From IMG/VR virus record IMGVR_UViG_3300032285_004054, positions 1 through 64,000 of that record: DNA of 64,000 nucleotides; one strand, given 5' to 3'. The notes under the pieces are model-generated. The model ran no database searches. It worked only from the letters and a program-made list of their open reading frames with translations, and had not been told where the DNA came from. A program made the translations under genes and the position numbers. Positions 27,775-37,944 of this stretch are shown here, piece after piece; the stretch's first letter is position 1, and every line of letters starts with the position of its first letter.

Positions 27775-29838
27775 ATGCCTACTTACATTAACAGTTTCTC
27801 TTTAGCATCAGCAATCGGTATTAATACCGATAACTTGCTAGTTGATCCAGGTTTAACAGTTGTAGGTGGTATTTCTGCTTCCGGTAAAATTACAACTCAA
27901 GGTGACTTAGCTGTTTACGGTAACTTATATACATACGGTGGTTCAACACAAATAAGTTCTACTAATTTAACTGTTGGTGATCCTATTATATATTTTGCTA
28001 ACAATAATACAGATCCAAATGATCCTTGGGATATCGGTATTGTGGGTCATTTTTATGATTCTAGTAATACTCCTCGATACCAACACACTGGTTTAATAAG
28101 AAACCATTCTGATAATACTTGGTCCCTATTTAGCGGGCTTACAACTGAACCAGGTATTACAGTTAATTTTAACGATCCTTATTTTAAATTAGACGATTTA
28201 AACGTACATAGTATTAAAGCAGGTACTGGCGGAAATAGTATACCTGCGAATATACAGATTAATGGTAATTTTCCTAATACCTCTATACTTAAAAGTGCTA
28301 GTTTTTCGTTGTTTGCAGTTGCATCGTCAGGTAAATCTCCTATAGCTGTTTGGGCATCGAATGAAACCGGTGGAGATCCTACGTTTAGATCATACTCCTC
28401 AAGAGGTACATACGACACACCTCTAGCTCTATCTGCAAACGATACAATAGCAGCTTTTAGAGGTTTTGGTTATAATGGTAGTGACTTCAACCACTACGGA
28501 AACGGAGGAGGAGCCTCCATGAATTATATAGCTACTACCGATCAAACACCTACCGCAGGAGGTACACGTATAGATTTCTTGACATGCCCGGCGAGTTCTG
28601 CACGGTCAGATAGCCCGATAACAAGAATGACCATTAATGACGATGGTAATGTAGGCATTAATACAATTACTCCAAAAGCACAACTTGATGTTAACGGTTC
28701 CATAATTACCAGGGCCGATAACTACAATGGTACAGGTTTATTTGGTATACCTACAGCTAATCTTTCAGCAATAGCTTCTGTTTCAGCAATTTTATTATCC
28801 GGTGTATATATAGAATTTCCAGCAGAGGGAATTTCAGGTCAAACAGATACATGTCTATTACGTCAAATAGGAGGTAGTGATTCATATATCCTATCGTTTG
28901 ATATGTACGATAATATGAATAGTAGTGCAGGTCAAGGTTTTGCTATTCGTACTATACCAACTGCAAACTATACAACAAATTTTGCACTCTCAAATATACA
29001 AACTAATTTTTGGGTTGATCCGACAGGGGCAGTTGGTATTGGTACTAAAGATATCAACCCGTCTAGTGCCTTAACTGTAAACGGAGATGTATCTTTTATA
29101 GACGGTTTAATATTCAATAACGGTATAATAAATGATGCAGGACACGTTATAGGTGTTAATATTACATATAGTTCTTATGACAGATACATTACATCAGCTA
29201 GTGTACAGTTTGTCGGTGGTGGAGGAACAGGGGCTACCGGTACAGTACAATTTACTCAAAACTACGTAACAGGGGTTACAATAACCAATCCTGGTACAGG
29301 ATACATAACACCACCTGCTGCTGTATTTAATGTTGTGTATACTGGCACAGTTATGCCTCAAGGGCCTTATGTTAACAATACAGTCTCCACGGTTATAATT
29401 TCACCCAAAACAGCAACATTATGTTTAAGCGGGCAAAGAGTAGGTATAGGTACTACTACACCTAATAATGCTTTAACAGTTGTTGGTAATATTAGCGCCT
29501 CAGGTAGTGTTTATGGAGATCTAGGCTTTACAAATTCATTTAGCACAAACGGGTATCAAAAATTACCTAGCGGTTTAATCCTACAATGGGGGTATGTCGG
29601 AGGAGGAGCCGTAAAACAAAATCAGACAAATTTCCCTATAGCTTTCCCGACTGCTTGTGTCGGTGTTCACTTCTCACCGATTCAGGTAGGTGCAACTAAC
29701 GTACAACTATATAACGCTGCTTTAACAGCACCGAACGATACAACTACAAACTGTTTAACTAATAGCTGGTTTAAATGGCAAATAACAGGAACAGGTGCTG
29801 CTGCGATGTACTGGTATTGGTACGCTATCGGTTATTAA
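27775..29838 (+). CDS. tail fibre protein
   Basis: HTGL domain; C-term NGYQKLPSGLILQWG..FPIAFP..W.AIGY fibre-tip domain. Confidence 0.85.
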   Translation: MPTYINSFSLASAIGINTDNLLVDPGLTVVGGISASGKITTQGDLAVYGNLYTYGGSTQISSTNLTVGDPIIYFANNNTDPNDPWDIGIVGHFYDSSNTPRYQHTGLIRNHSDNTWSLFSGLTTEPGITVNFNDPYFKLDDLNVHSIKAGTGGNSIPANIQINGNFPNTSILKSASFSLFAVASSGKSPIAVWASNETGGDPTFRSYSSRGTYDTPLALSANDTIAAFRGFGYNGSDFNHYGNGGGASMNYIATTDQTPTAGGTRIDFLTCPASSARSDSPITRMTINDDGNVGINTITPKAQLDVNGSIITRADNYNGTGLFGIPTANLSAIASVSAILLSGVYIEFPAEGISGQTDTCLLRQIGGSDSYILSFDMYDNMNSSAGQGFAIRTIPTANYTTNFALSNIQTNFWVDPTGAVGIGTKDINPSSALTVNGDVSFIDGLIFNNGIINDAGHVIGVNITYSSYDRYITSASVQFVGGGGTGATGTVQFTQNYVTGVTITNPGTGYITPPAAVFNVVYTGTVMPQGPYVNNTVSTVIISPKTATLCLSGQRVGIGTTTPNNALTVVGNISASGSVYGDLGFTNSFSTNGYQKLPSGLILQWGYVGGGAVKQNQTNFPIAFPTACVGVHFSPIQVGATNVQLYNAALTAPNDTTTNCLTNSWFKWQITGTGAAAMYWYWYAIGY

Positions 29839-29849
29839 TTATATATTAT

Positions 29850-30215
29850 ATGAGTATAAAATATTCACCTTCTGCTAATGCGTTTTACGATACAGATATC
29901 AATACAGTAATACCTGTAGATGCTATTGATATTAGTAAAGAACAACATAGTGCGCTACTTAGTGCACAAAGTGCAGGTCAGCAAATATACCCTCAACAAG
30001 ACGGTACACCAAGCACAAGAGATGTTATTAACGATGTTACTTGGGATATAGTTAGAGGGGAAAGAGATGCTCTACTTGCTGCTAGTGACTGGACAGATCT
30101 TCCTAATACACCTCTTACAAATAAACAAGCTTGGTTAGATTACAGACAAGCATTGAGAAATATACCTCAGCATTATCTAGAACCTTCGTTAGTTGTTTGG
30201 CCGGTAAAACCGTAA
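29850..30215 (+). CDS. tail fibre assembly chaperone
   Basis: YSPS.NAFY..IP.DAI.IS; R.ERD.LL..SDW..W..YRQALR.IP..WP.KP. Confidence 0.9.
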   Translation: MSIKYSPSANAFYDTDINTVIPVDAIDISKEQHSALLSAQSAGQQIYPQQDGTPSTRDVINDVTWDIVRGERDALLAASDWTDLPNTPLTNKQAWLDYRQALRNIPQHYLEPSLVVWPVKP

Positions 30216-30258
30216 TTTAAGAGTAGAATAAAAAGAAGTAGAGTATATACTTCTGTAT

Positions 30259-30954
30259 ATGTCTAAAGCTGTAGTTGTTTATTCCGGTGGGATGGATAGT
30301 ACTGTTCTACTTGAACATTGTATTAAGAACCATGATGAAGTTTATGTATTAACGTTTGATTATAATCAGCGTCATAAGAAAGAAGTTCATGTAGCTGAAG
30401 GTTATATGTATCAGCACCACAGCTATCAGGGATCTAAAGTTAAAGAGCATAAGATTGTCGATTTGTCTTTCTTTGCTGCAATTGCTAAGTCTGCTATTAC
30501 CGATCAAACTATTGAAGTACCGAAGATGAAAGACATCATCGGTGAAGCTCAAAGTGTTACATATGTACCGAATAGGAATATGATGATGCTTTCTATTGCT
30601 TGTTCATATGCTGAAACAGTAGGTGCATCTGATGTTTATTACGGAGCTGTAGCTGTAGATAATCTAAGCGGGTACTGGGACTGCACTAGCGAGTTCGTAG
30701 ATAGTATTAATAATCTATTAGCTCTTAATCGAATGAATCGTATCACAGTTCAGGCTCCTCTTCTGTTTAAGTCTAAGAAAGAGATTATTGAGATGGGAGC
30801 CGAACTCGGTGTTGACTTCACTAGAACCTGGACTTGCTATAAAGGCGAAGAAGTAAGCTGTGGTACGTGTCCGTCGTGTGCTGCGAGAGTAGCAGGATTT
30901 AAAAAGGCAGGAATAGTTGATCCTTTAGAATACGCTATTAATATTAATTGGTAA
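30259..30954 (+). CDS. queC: 7-cyano-7-deazaguanine synthase
   Basis: SGGMDST, DYNQRH, YVPNRN, Y.DC, TWTCY..CGTCPSC..R. Confidence 0.95.
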   Translation: MSKAVVVYSGGMDSTVLLEHCIKNHDEVYVLTFDYNQRHKKEVHVAEGYMYQHHSYQGSKVKEHKIVDLSFFAAIAKSAITDQTIEVPKMKDIIGEAQSVTYVPNRNMMMLSIACSYAETVGASDVYYGAVAVDNLSGYWDCTSEFVDSINNLLALNRMNRITVQAPLLFKSKKEIIEMGAELGVDFTRTWTCYKGEEVSCGTCPSCAARVAGFKKAGIVDPLEYAININW

Positions 30955-31589
30955 TGTGTGGCATTTCAGGATCTGTCAATCTATCTAAGGCTTATTATCT
31001 CTATAAGGAGAATCTTAAGCGAGGTTATTTCTCATCAGGCTTTTTAGCCTTTGCTAAAGGTAATTACCTTTCTGTTAAACAGAAGGACGTCTTTAGTGAA
31101 GATACGTTAAAGTATCTCGTTGATAAGCTTTACGGGGAACCTCTTTATTGTTTATTTCATTCTAGAGCTCCTACTAATAGTAAAGCTCCTTACTCCGAGG
31201 AAACAACACATCCGTTTTACTTTGGTAAGTATTATGTAGCGCATAACGGCATTATAACTAACTTTAAATCGTTTCCAGAGTCAGCTGAGTTTGATGTTGA
31301 TAGCTCTATTATACCTTTTCATCTAACAAAGAACAATGATAGTATACCCAAGACATACGAGCAATATGAAGGGTTACTTACTAGTTGGATATACAATTTA
31401 GTAGATGACAGTCTACATGTCGTAAAGGCTGGCTCATCACTTCATGTGGATGAAGATAGTTTCTCATCAGTTGAATTTGAGGGTAGTAAACCTGTAGATG
31501 AAGATGGTGTTGTCTTTACTCTCTATAAAGATAAACTAGTTGAATTGAAAGGTCAGAGATTTAAATATGACAATCCTTACGAATTATGA
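30954..31589 (+). CDS. class II (Ntn) glutamine amidotransferase
   Basis: MCGI start, HSRAPT, HPF, AHNGII.N, VDS; TAATG-coupled to queC. Confidence 0.9.
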   Translation: MCGISGSVNLSKAYYLYKENLKRGYFSSGFLAFAKGNYLSVKQKDVFSEDTLKYLVDKLYGEPLYCLFHSRAPTNSKAPYSEETTHPFYFGKYYVAHNGIITNFKSFPESAEFDVDSSIIPFHLTKNNDSIPKTYEQYEGLLTSWIYNLVDDSLHVVKAGSSLHVDEDSFSSVEFEGSKPVDEDGVVFTLYKDKLVELKGQRFKYDNPYEL

Positions 31590-32284
31590 AACCGAAGAGA
31601 GTATACCTTGTAACAGCTTCAAAAGCTAAAACAGAAGAAGAGTTTCAAAAGAGACCAATATATAAGTCTCTTAAGAAGCTATACAATATGTATGATCGCT
31701 GGGAGTTTGAATTTGAGGTAGTAAAAGACAACAAGGAAGGACTCTCAACTGTATATAATCGTTATCTAACTGAAGAGCATAAAAACGATATTGTACTCTT
31801 TGTACATGATGACGTAATTATTAATGATTTGTTTCTAGTAGAACATCTTCGTAAGTCACCGTACGTTGTTACAGGTCTGGCAGGTACAAAAAAATATAAC
31901 AAGAGTGTTGAAAAGACAGCTTGGCACTTAATGTCAACAAGCAGAGAGGATTTTCTCGGTGAAGTAGCACATACTAAAGAAGGTGCGATTTGGACTACAG
32001 TGTTTGGTCCTACTCAAGGACGCTGTAAGCTTATTGATGGAGTCTTTATTGCAGTTAATGTTGAAGAGGTACTAAAGACAAATGCACGGTTTAACGAAGC
32101 GTTTAATTGGCATCATTATGATATCGCTTTCTGCCTGGAATGCGAAACACATAATGTAAGTGTTGGTGTACTACCTATTAGTATCATTCACTACGGACTA
32201 GGTGATTCAATGCTTACACAAGATTGGGAAGAATCTAATAAAAGATTCAAAGGCTACTATTGCAAACAAATAGAAACAATTTAA
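31586..32284 (+). CDS. GT-A fold glycosyltransferase-like protein
   Basis: GLS.VYN, FVHDD, G.AG, IDG.F.AV, F.E.F.WHHYD. Confidence 0.85.
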   Translation: MKPKRVYLVTASKAKTEEEFQKRPIYKSLKKLYNMYDRWEFEFEVVKDNKEGLSTVYNRYLTEEHKNDIVLFVHDDVIINDLFLVEHLRKSPYVVTGLAGTKKYNKSVEKTAWHLMSTSREDFLGEVAHTKEGAIWTTVFGPTQGRCKLIDGVFIAVNVEEVLKTNARFNEAFNWHHYDIAFCLECETHNVSVGVLPISIIHYGLGDSMLTQDWEESNKRFKGYYCKQIETI

Positions 32285-32295
32285 TATATAAACAT

Positions 32296-32886
32296 ATGCT
32301 CATTACACGCGAACAACTAAACGAAGTAACTGGATGTGACTACTACGATGGTGCCGTCCTTAAATCAAGATTTGCTTATAAGTTTCTTAGAAAGGAAGTT
32401 AGTAAGCTCGGTAACATTATTGCTTTTGTAGCTCCTATGGTAGTTACAGACAATCTTGTAGATCTTGAAGATGCTTTAGCAAAGGACTTTATCTATTCAG
32501 ATAATGCTATTAGCTTTATTATGGAACTACCCGGCTATTCGATTGAAGCAGGTATTTGTTTCCAGCGTTTGTATAATACAGCTCTTGGCTCTCTACTTAC
32601 AGACAAGTATATCCATAACCCTATTCACGTAGACGGTGATGATATTATGGTACTGGTTGAGGATGGTTCTGAAAAGAAAGCTTCAGTTAGTATCGCTAAG
32701 GCTGATAACGGTGCTGTTCTTATTCATACCGGTATTAATATTGAAGCCGGTGATCGAGCTCCTTCTTTCGCATTCTCTACTAAGCTCGGCCTTGAGGAGA
32801 CGAATTCATTTATTGAAGAAGCTATTGGTATCTTCAATCATATGACAAAGGATATCTTTATCGCTTCTACTAAGCTCATTAGCTAA
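32296..32886 (+). CDS. DUF366 family protein
   Basis: YDG..L...FAY, VDLED, I.SD.A..FI.E, FQRL, GDDI, K.SVSIA, HTGINI. Confidence 0.8.
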   Translation: MLITREQLNEVTGCDYYDGAVLKSRFAYKFLRKEVSKLGNIIAFVAPMVVTDNLVDLEDALAKDFIYSDNAISFIMELPGYSIEAGICFQRLYNTALGSLLTDKYIHNPIHVDGDDIMVLVEDGSEKKASVSIAKADNGAVLIHTGINIEAGDRAPSFAFSTKLGLEETNSFIEEAIGIFNHMTKDIFIASTKLIS

Positions 32887-33236
32887 TGCTATTTGATTAC
32901 CTAAAGGATATCTTCGTTAGTAAGAAAGGTAATTTACCTTTACAGGATTATATACCCTTTCTTATAACACGGTGGATATCCTTTGGGGTCCCTAAGGCTA
33001 CCATAGCTTTAAACGAGACTATTAATAGTATAGGTAATATAGAGAAAGAACAACACTATAAGCTTCTTTTAACCTGCTTACCTAAGTTCGATTACCAACC
33101 ACGCATTAACTATATTAAAAAAGTTAAGCAAGAAAAGACAGAAGAAGATAATAAGATTAATCTTCTATGTAAAGGTTTAGAACTATCTAAAAGAGAGATA
33201 AATCAATTACTTGAATTAAAAGAACAATTAACATAA
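32886..33236 (+). CDS. clamp loader small subunit (T4 gp62-like)
   Basis: LFDYL..I...K, Y.PF.I.RW.S, N...N, Y..L, S.RE pattern. Confidence 0.6.
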   Translation: MLFDYLKDIFVSKKGNLPLQDYIPFLITRWISFGVPKATIALNETINSIGNIEKEQHYKLLLTCLPKFDYQPRINYIKKVKQEKTEEDNKINLLCKGLELSKREINQLLELKEQLT

Positions 33237-33248
33237 ATTAAACAACAC

Positions 33249-33647
33249 ATGCAACATCCACCTCCACTACCAGCTGAAAACCAAGGCATCTCACCAGAAG
33301 ATTATAAAGATCTTCCACTACCAGAGGACTACGAGATCGTAGAACTCTTATCAAACGTCATTATGTGTCGATACCTTGATGTCGCTGAAGATGGTAAGTC
33401 ATTAGTACGTAACGGTATTATTCTACCTAATCAGGTTGTTGATCAACGAGCATGGCGTGTAGGTGAAGTTGTCTTAGCTGGTCCTGATTGTCGACAAGTT
33501 AAGAAAGGATCAAAGGTTATCTTCCCTGGAGATAAAGGGCTTCAAGGTCTCCGTCAAGGTAATGAAATAGTTATCTTCCTATCCGAAGATCGTATCTTTG
33601 GTATCTGTGAACCTCAAGGTAAGTTAACACGTAAGGCTAAGAAATGA
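33249..33647 (+). CDS. GroES-like co-chaperonin
   Basis: GIILP..., GEVVLAGP.C..VK.G..VIF, L.E.RIFG. Confidence 0.85.
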   Translation: MQHPPPLPAENQGISPEDYKDLPLPEDYEIVELLSNVIMCRYLDVAEDGKSLVRNGIILPNQVVDQRAWRVGEVVLAGPDCRQVKKGSKVIFPGDKGLQGLRQGNEIVIFLSEDRIFGICEPQGKLTRKAKK

Positions 33648-34033
33648 GATTAGGTCGGTCAGCTTTAATGATGCTTCTTGCTAGAAGTGTTGTTGAATTA
33701 AAGTTCAGAAGACGTATTGAAAAGCCAGGCTTTAGCGGCTATCGACGAATGCTCTGTACTAACGACCGGATACTTCTCTCATCACCAGGAGGCAGGAACA
33801 TTTTAAATTACGATCCGCCAAAAGGAGGTCATATGCCTTATGATCCTGCTTCTAAGAATTTAGTTCCTGCTTGGGATATTTTTATGCAAGCTTATAGAAT
33901 GGTTAACTGTAATGATGTGGATGTTATTGCAGTTATAGAAACATCTCCAAACGCTGATAAGTGGTGGGATTACTTTAATCAAAGCATAGCGCCTATGGCA
34001 GCAGGTGATAAGGCAGCATTCATGGACAAATAA
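33644..34033 (+). CDS. WYL_2/SH3-like phage protein
   Basis: V.LKF.R.....R.MLCT..., V.AWD.....YR. Confidence 0.65.
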   Translation: MRLGRSALMMLLARSVVELKFRRRIEKPGFSGYRRMLCTNDRILLSSPGGRNILNYDPPKGGHMPYDPASKNLVPAWDIFMQAYRMVNCNDVDVIAVIETSPNADKWWDYFNQSIAPMAAGDKAAFMDK

Positions 34034-34034
34034 A

Positions 34035-34403
34035 ATGAAAGAAAAATATACTATAGATTATATACCAAGTGAGAAATTTTTTGTACAATCGTTACAATCA
34101 CATTTAACTTTTCAATTAGGTAAAAAGATAGTCAAGCAGGGAAGACTTTTACTATTTAAACGAGCACATTTCCATCTCGTATTAACAATGCTTAATAGTA
34201 GAAACAATAAAGAGAGTTTTGAGATTCCTTTACCTTTTAAAATAGAATATTATCCAGAAGATAAAACTGTTTACTTTGATTATAGAGTTACCTCGCTTGC
34301 AGGTAACAATAAAGAGTTTGAAGATAGATTCAATAACGTTAAAGTAAAAGATGCATCACCGAGTCAATATCTCAATAAAATTTTAGAAATAGTAGTAAAA
34401 TGA
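34035..34403 (+). CDS. hypothetical protein
   Basis: Start MKEKYT at 34035. Confidence 0.7.
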   Translation: MKEKYTIDYIPSEKFFVQSLQSHLTFQLGKKIVKQGRLLLFKRAHFHLVLTMLNSRNNKESFEIPLPFKIEYYPEDKTVYFDYRVTSLAGNNKEFEDRFNNVKVKDASPSQYLNKILEIVVK

Positions 34404-34672
34404 AAACATTAATATACAACGCATATACTGGTGAGGTTTATTACCTACCTAACTACCAGCTCAAGAATATACTTGAAGGTGAGATTCCTTTACAGAGAAA
34501 GCCAAATACAAGCTGTAAGGCATGCTTTGGTAGAGGGTACGTAGGTTACGATAGTTCTAAAAAAATCTATGAACTTTGCCCGAAATGTGTTGTAAAAAAT
34601 GTACATCCAGATTATACTAGATCTATAGTTTTCAACTACATTAATTTAACAAACAACGGCATTAAACAATAA
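34400..34672 (+). CDS. zinc-finger protein
   Basis: CKACFGRGYVG...CPKC. Confidence 0.7.
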   Translation: MKTLIYNAYTGEVYYLPNYQLKNILEGEIPLQRKPNTSCKACFGRGYVGYDSSKKIYELCPKCVVKNVHPDYTRSIVFNYINLTNNGIKQ

Positions 34673-34683
34673 ATATAATACAT

Positions 34684-35643
34684 ATGGCAACACAACGTTT
34701 TGACGATCTTTATAAGAAGCTTCTTCAAGAAGCAACACCTGTAGTAGGAGACCTAGAAGGTTTTTCTGGCGGTCTTAAGTCCGGTATTGAAAGCTCACCA
34801 GGTAATGCATATCTAATCGGTGACCTAGCAAACGCTCTCGGTAAGTCTAAGGTCGAAATTATTGATCTAATCGCAGATGATCTCTATAAGAAAGTATTCG
34901 GTGACGAAGGTGTTAACCCTGCTAATTCTGAAGAAGAGTATAGAGACGCTATTGCCAATGCTATTTCTGATATCGTAAAAGAGCTTAAGTCAAAGAACCC
35001 TGATCTCAAGGTACCTGGTGCTAAGGCTATTGCAGGCTATACAGCACGTATTGTTGCTAAGCTCGGTCAGGTAACTCGTGACTTCTCCGGTCAAGCATCT
35101 GAAGATGACATACATCAAGCCGTTACAGACGCTTCTGGTGAAGAAGATGAAGAGCGCGGTGAACAAGGTGATGATGCTGATGGTACTGAAAACGAAGAGC
35201 TTCCCATCACATCTGATGATGAAGAGATTGTAGCAGGGCAAGCACCTGATGTTGCTGAAGAACCTACACGTCCTTTTAGTTCAGAGGGAACATATGAGCT
35301 TCAAGATGTTAAAGCTGGTCTTCTAAAGGGAGAAGCTAATGACGCATATCAAGCCCTTTCACGTGCTGGTGCCTCTGATGGCGCTGAAGGATCTGAAATC
35401 TCTGACGTTCTTAAGAGAGCAGGTATTACAGTAAGCAAGATTGGTAGTGTTATTAACACACTTATTCGCAACCGTGCACTAGTACGTACAGATAGTCCAG
35501 CTGGTGGAGGTGCTGAAGCTCCTGAAGGACCAGTTAAGAGTGACGATAAGGAATGGATTAAGAACTACCTCAAAGGTACCGGTGCTCTAGATGATTATCA
35601 AAAGTCCGGTGGTGGTTATGACCACGGAGTAGACTTCGGTTAA
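34684..35643 (+). CDS. acidic late protein, probable internal head protein
   Basis: TAAATA upstream; leader RFDDLYKKLLQEA; D/E-rich linker. Confidence 0.7.
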   Translation: MATQRFDDLYKKLLQEATPVVGDLEGFSGGLKSGIESSPGNAYLIGDLANALGKSKVEIIDLIADDLYKKVFGDEGVNPANSEEEYRDAIANAISDIVKELKSKNPDLKVPGAKAIAGYTARIVAKLGQVTRDFSGQASEDDIHQAVTDASGEEDEERGEQGDDADGTENEELPITSDDEEIVAGQAPDVAEEPTRPFSSEGTYELQDVKAGLLKGEANDAYQALSRAGASDGAEGSEISDVLKRAGITVSKIGSVINTLIRNRALVRTDSPAGGGAEAPEGPVKSDDKEWIKNYLKGTGALDDYQKSGGGYDHGVDFG

Positions 35644-35645
35644 GA

Positions 35646-36080
35646 TTACCAAGTCAGGGTATCAGGATCTAATACCTGTACCAATTCAATACCGAAGTCT
35701 TTAGCTATAGCATAAGGATCATAGTCCTCAGTAGCTTTGTATAGTTTTCTATAAACTATCTTCTTAACTCCGTAACTTGCTATTGTCTTTAGACAATCAT
35801 TACAAGGGGTATGAGTAACAGCAGCTAGGTAACATTCACCAGGCTTAACCATTCGGAAGCAATTAATTTCAGCATGAATAACTCTTTTATGCTTCTCTTC
35901 TCTATTGCTCCATTCAATCTCAACGCCCGGAGGAGCTCCGTTATAACCTAGGCTTGCTACGGTATGATCATGACGAAGAAGACAACAACCTACTTTAGTT
36001 CGAGGATCTTCTGAACGTAGAGCAGCAACTTCAGCTAAACGAAGAGCATACTCTTCCCAGCTAAGTCTTTCAGTTCTCAT
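35646..36080 (-). CDS. dCMP deaminase
   Basis: W.EY....A...A.RS.DP..KVG, GYNG.P.G, HAE.N, PCNDC. Confidence 0.9.
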   Translation of the reverse strand: MRTERLSWEEYALRLAEVAALRSEDPRTKVGCCLLRHDHTVASLGYNGAPPGVEIEWSNREEKHKRVIHAEINCFRMVKPGECYLAAVTHTPCNDCLKTIASYGVKKIVYRKLYKATEDYDPYAIAKDFGIELVQVLDPDTLTW

Positions 36081-36084
36081 ACGT

Positions 36085-36492
36085 TTATTTATCATAATAC
36101 GTGCCGTCACCTCCAGACCAAATAACCTTCTTAAACTCAAAATATCGAAGAAGATTCTCGCAAGACATACAAGGTTTAGCCATCGCTATGTTACCATTAC
36201 GATCATAACGAATATTAACTAAAGTACATTTCTTTGTATCTATATTTGTCTTACGTTTAAGCTTTAAGATAGCATTAAACTCTGAACATCTAAACTTCTG
36301 ATCTGAATAATCCTCACCTGTAATCTTAGATATCTTTCTGTTAACTAGATTAACAGGGTGGGTCTTTCTAGAGTTCGTACCAATAGAAATTAAACGATTC
36401 TTATTAAGAATAAAAGAGATATGCTGACAACGATTACCGTTATCTTCAACAAGAGACAAAGCAATTTCTTCTAATCGTTTATAATCAAGCAT
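36085..36492 (-). CDS. divergent deaminase-fold protein
   Basis: H...I....IS.G.N, CSE (in place of HAE), AKPCMSC. Confidence 0.75.
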   Translation of the reverse strand: MLDYKRLEEIALSLVEDNGNRCQHISFILNKNRLISIGTNSRKTHPVNLVNRKISKITGEDYSDQKFRCSEFNAILKLKRKTNIDTKKCTLVNIRYDRNGNIAMAKPCMSCENLLRYFEFKKVIWSGGDGTYYDK

Positions 36493-37099
36493 TACCGGTA
36501 AGTGTAACTGCTTCAGTATTATGTTGCAAGAAAATATTCCACTCCTCTATTTTATATCTGTTCTTAATATAGCTTGTCAGCGGTAAGTACTTTGGCTCGG
36601 TAGGTTCCTTTAGGAGTTTAAGATTAGCTTCCTCCGGTGTTCTATTAGCTTTCATAGCATTAATGTCTCTATGAGTTAGTACACAATTCTTCCAATCAGT
36701 CTTACCACCTCTTGAACGAGGTATAATATGATCAACGTTACCTGTTTTTGAATTAACCTTAACACCCGTATAAGCACATTTACCACCATCTCTGGCCCAA
36801 ATACCTTTCATAGAGAACTTCGGTCTCTTCTTCGGTACTTGATTATATTTACAGAGTACAATTATTTTAGGTACTTTAATATTACCTCGAACAGTCTTTA
36901 TGCATTCTTCGTCTTCATTTATATCGAGGTTAATCCATTCATTCCATTTACAAGGATACATATCGTCCTTGCCAAGAATATGCAGCCCTGTTGCAGAGCC
37001 AGAGTACATCATAGATAAAGCATCTGCTACTGACTTGACATGAATAGCCTGCCAATTACGGTTTAGTACTAAAACCGTTTCCCTGTCCAGTAAACTCAT
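36485..37099 (-). CDS. HNH endonuclease (McrA-like)
   Basis: VLVLN..W, RD...CAYTG, VDHIIPRSRGG...W.N.V, N..KANRTPEEA. Confidence 0.9.
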   Translation of the reverse strand: MSLLDRETVLVLNRNWQAIHVKSVADALSMMYSGSATGLHILGKDDMYPCKWNEWINLDINEDEECIKTVRGNIKVPKIIVLCKYNQVPKKRPKFSMKGIWARDGGKCAYTGVKVNSKTGNVDHIIPRSRGGKTDWKNCVLTHRDINAMKANRTPEEANLKLLKEPTEPKYLPLTSYIKNRYKIEEWNIFLQHNTEAVTLTGNA

Positions 37100-37602
37100 T
37101 TTAGTATCCCAATATATGGTAGATTGCGATAGTAGCCCTGGTAATCAAGTCCATAACCAATGACAAATTGATCTTGGATTTTAAAACAGTAATAGTCTGG
37201 TTCAATAGAGCTTTCACGTGGTACTTCTTTATTTAGTAGCACGCACGTTTTTATTTCGTTTGCTCCTAAATCTTTTAGCTTTTTTATTATAGTTTGAAAT
37301 GTTAACCCGGTGTCGTATATATCATCAACGAGTAATACGTTCTTATCCTTTACATTCAATGTACCTTCTACATCTACTTTACCTGTTGAAGTTGTTCCGC
37401 CTTTATAGCTCGACGCTCTAGTAGATTGTACAGTAATAGGTATTGTTAGCTCTCTAATAAGATCCATGGCGAACATTGCGCCGCCCTCTAATACAGGTAC
37501 AACAATAACTCCCTTTTCGTCGTAATCTTTACTAATTTGCTTTCCTAGCTTCTTAACCCTTGAACGAATACTCCATGCACTGAATAATTTCTTACATTTC
37601 AT
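37096..37602 (-). CDS. hpt: hypoxanthine phosphoribosyltransferase
   Basis: VL.GG.MF..DL.R, SSY, VLLVDDIYDTGLT, F.IGYGLDY...YRNLPYI. Confidence 0.92.
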   Translation of the reverse strand: MKCKKLFSAWSIRSRVKKLGKQISKDYDEKGVIVVPVLEGGAMFAMDLIRELTIPITVQSTRASSYKGGTTSTGKVDVEGTLNVKDKNVLLVDDIYDTGLTFQTIIKKLKDLGANEIKTCVLLNKEVPRESSIEPDYYCFKIQDQFVIGYGLDYQGYYRNLPYIGILK

Positions 37603-37610
37603 CTAAACTA

Positions 37611-37919
37611 TTATAGTGTCGTCTTATAGTAATCAATTGGTAAATTCTCTACTTGTTGTATTATTTTTTGATGTTCTAGCTTCTTAATAAGAAGAGAAAC
37701 AATACGTTTTGAGTTTCTTTTATTAACACCTCTTACATACCATCGTAATCTCTTTTCGTAACTCTTAGGCATAAACTCCATCTTGCCTGGTTTATACATT
37801 TTCTTTTCTTCCATAAAGTACTGATAACTGTTTTCGACAAGCTCATCAGTAGTAGGACAGTAATAACGAAACGCACCGTATGCAACAATTAATAATATTA
37901 TTGCTAATACATACAGCAT
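37611..37919 (-). CDS. membrane-anchored hypothetical protein
   Basis: N-terminal hydrophobic helix. Confidence 0.65.
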   Translation of the reverse strand: MLYVLAIILLIVAYGAFRYYCPTTDELVENSYQYFMEEKKMYKPGKMEFMPKSYEKRLRWYVRGVNKRNSKRIVSLLIKKLEHQKIIQQVENLPIDYYKTTL

Positions 37920-37944
37920 ATAAATGTAATTATGCTATATTGTT

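Noticed and set aside
30259-31589. QatABCD defence system
   Set aside because: QueC is canonical in length and motifs, and there is no adjacent QatA ATPase or TatD nuclease.
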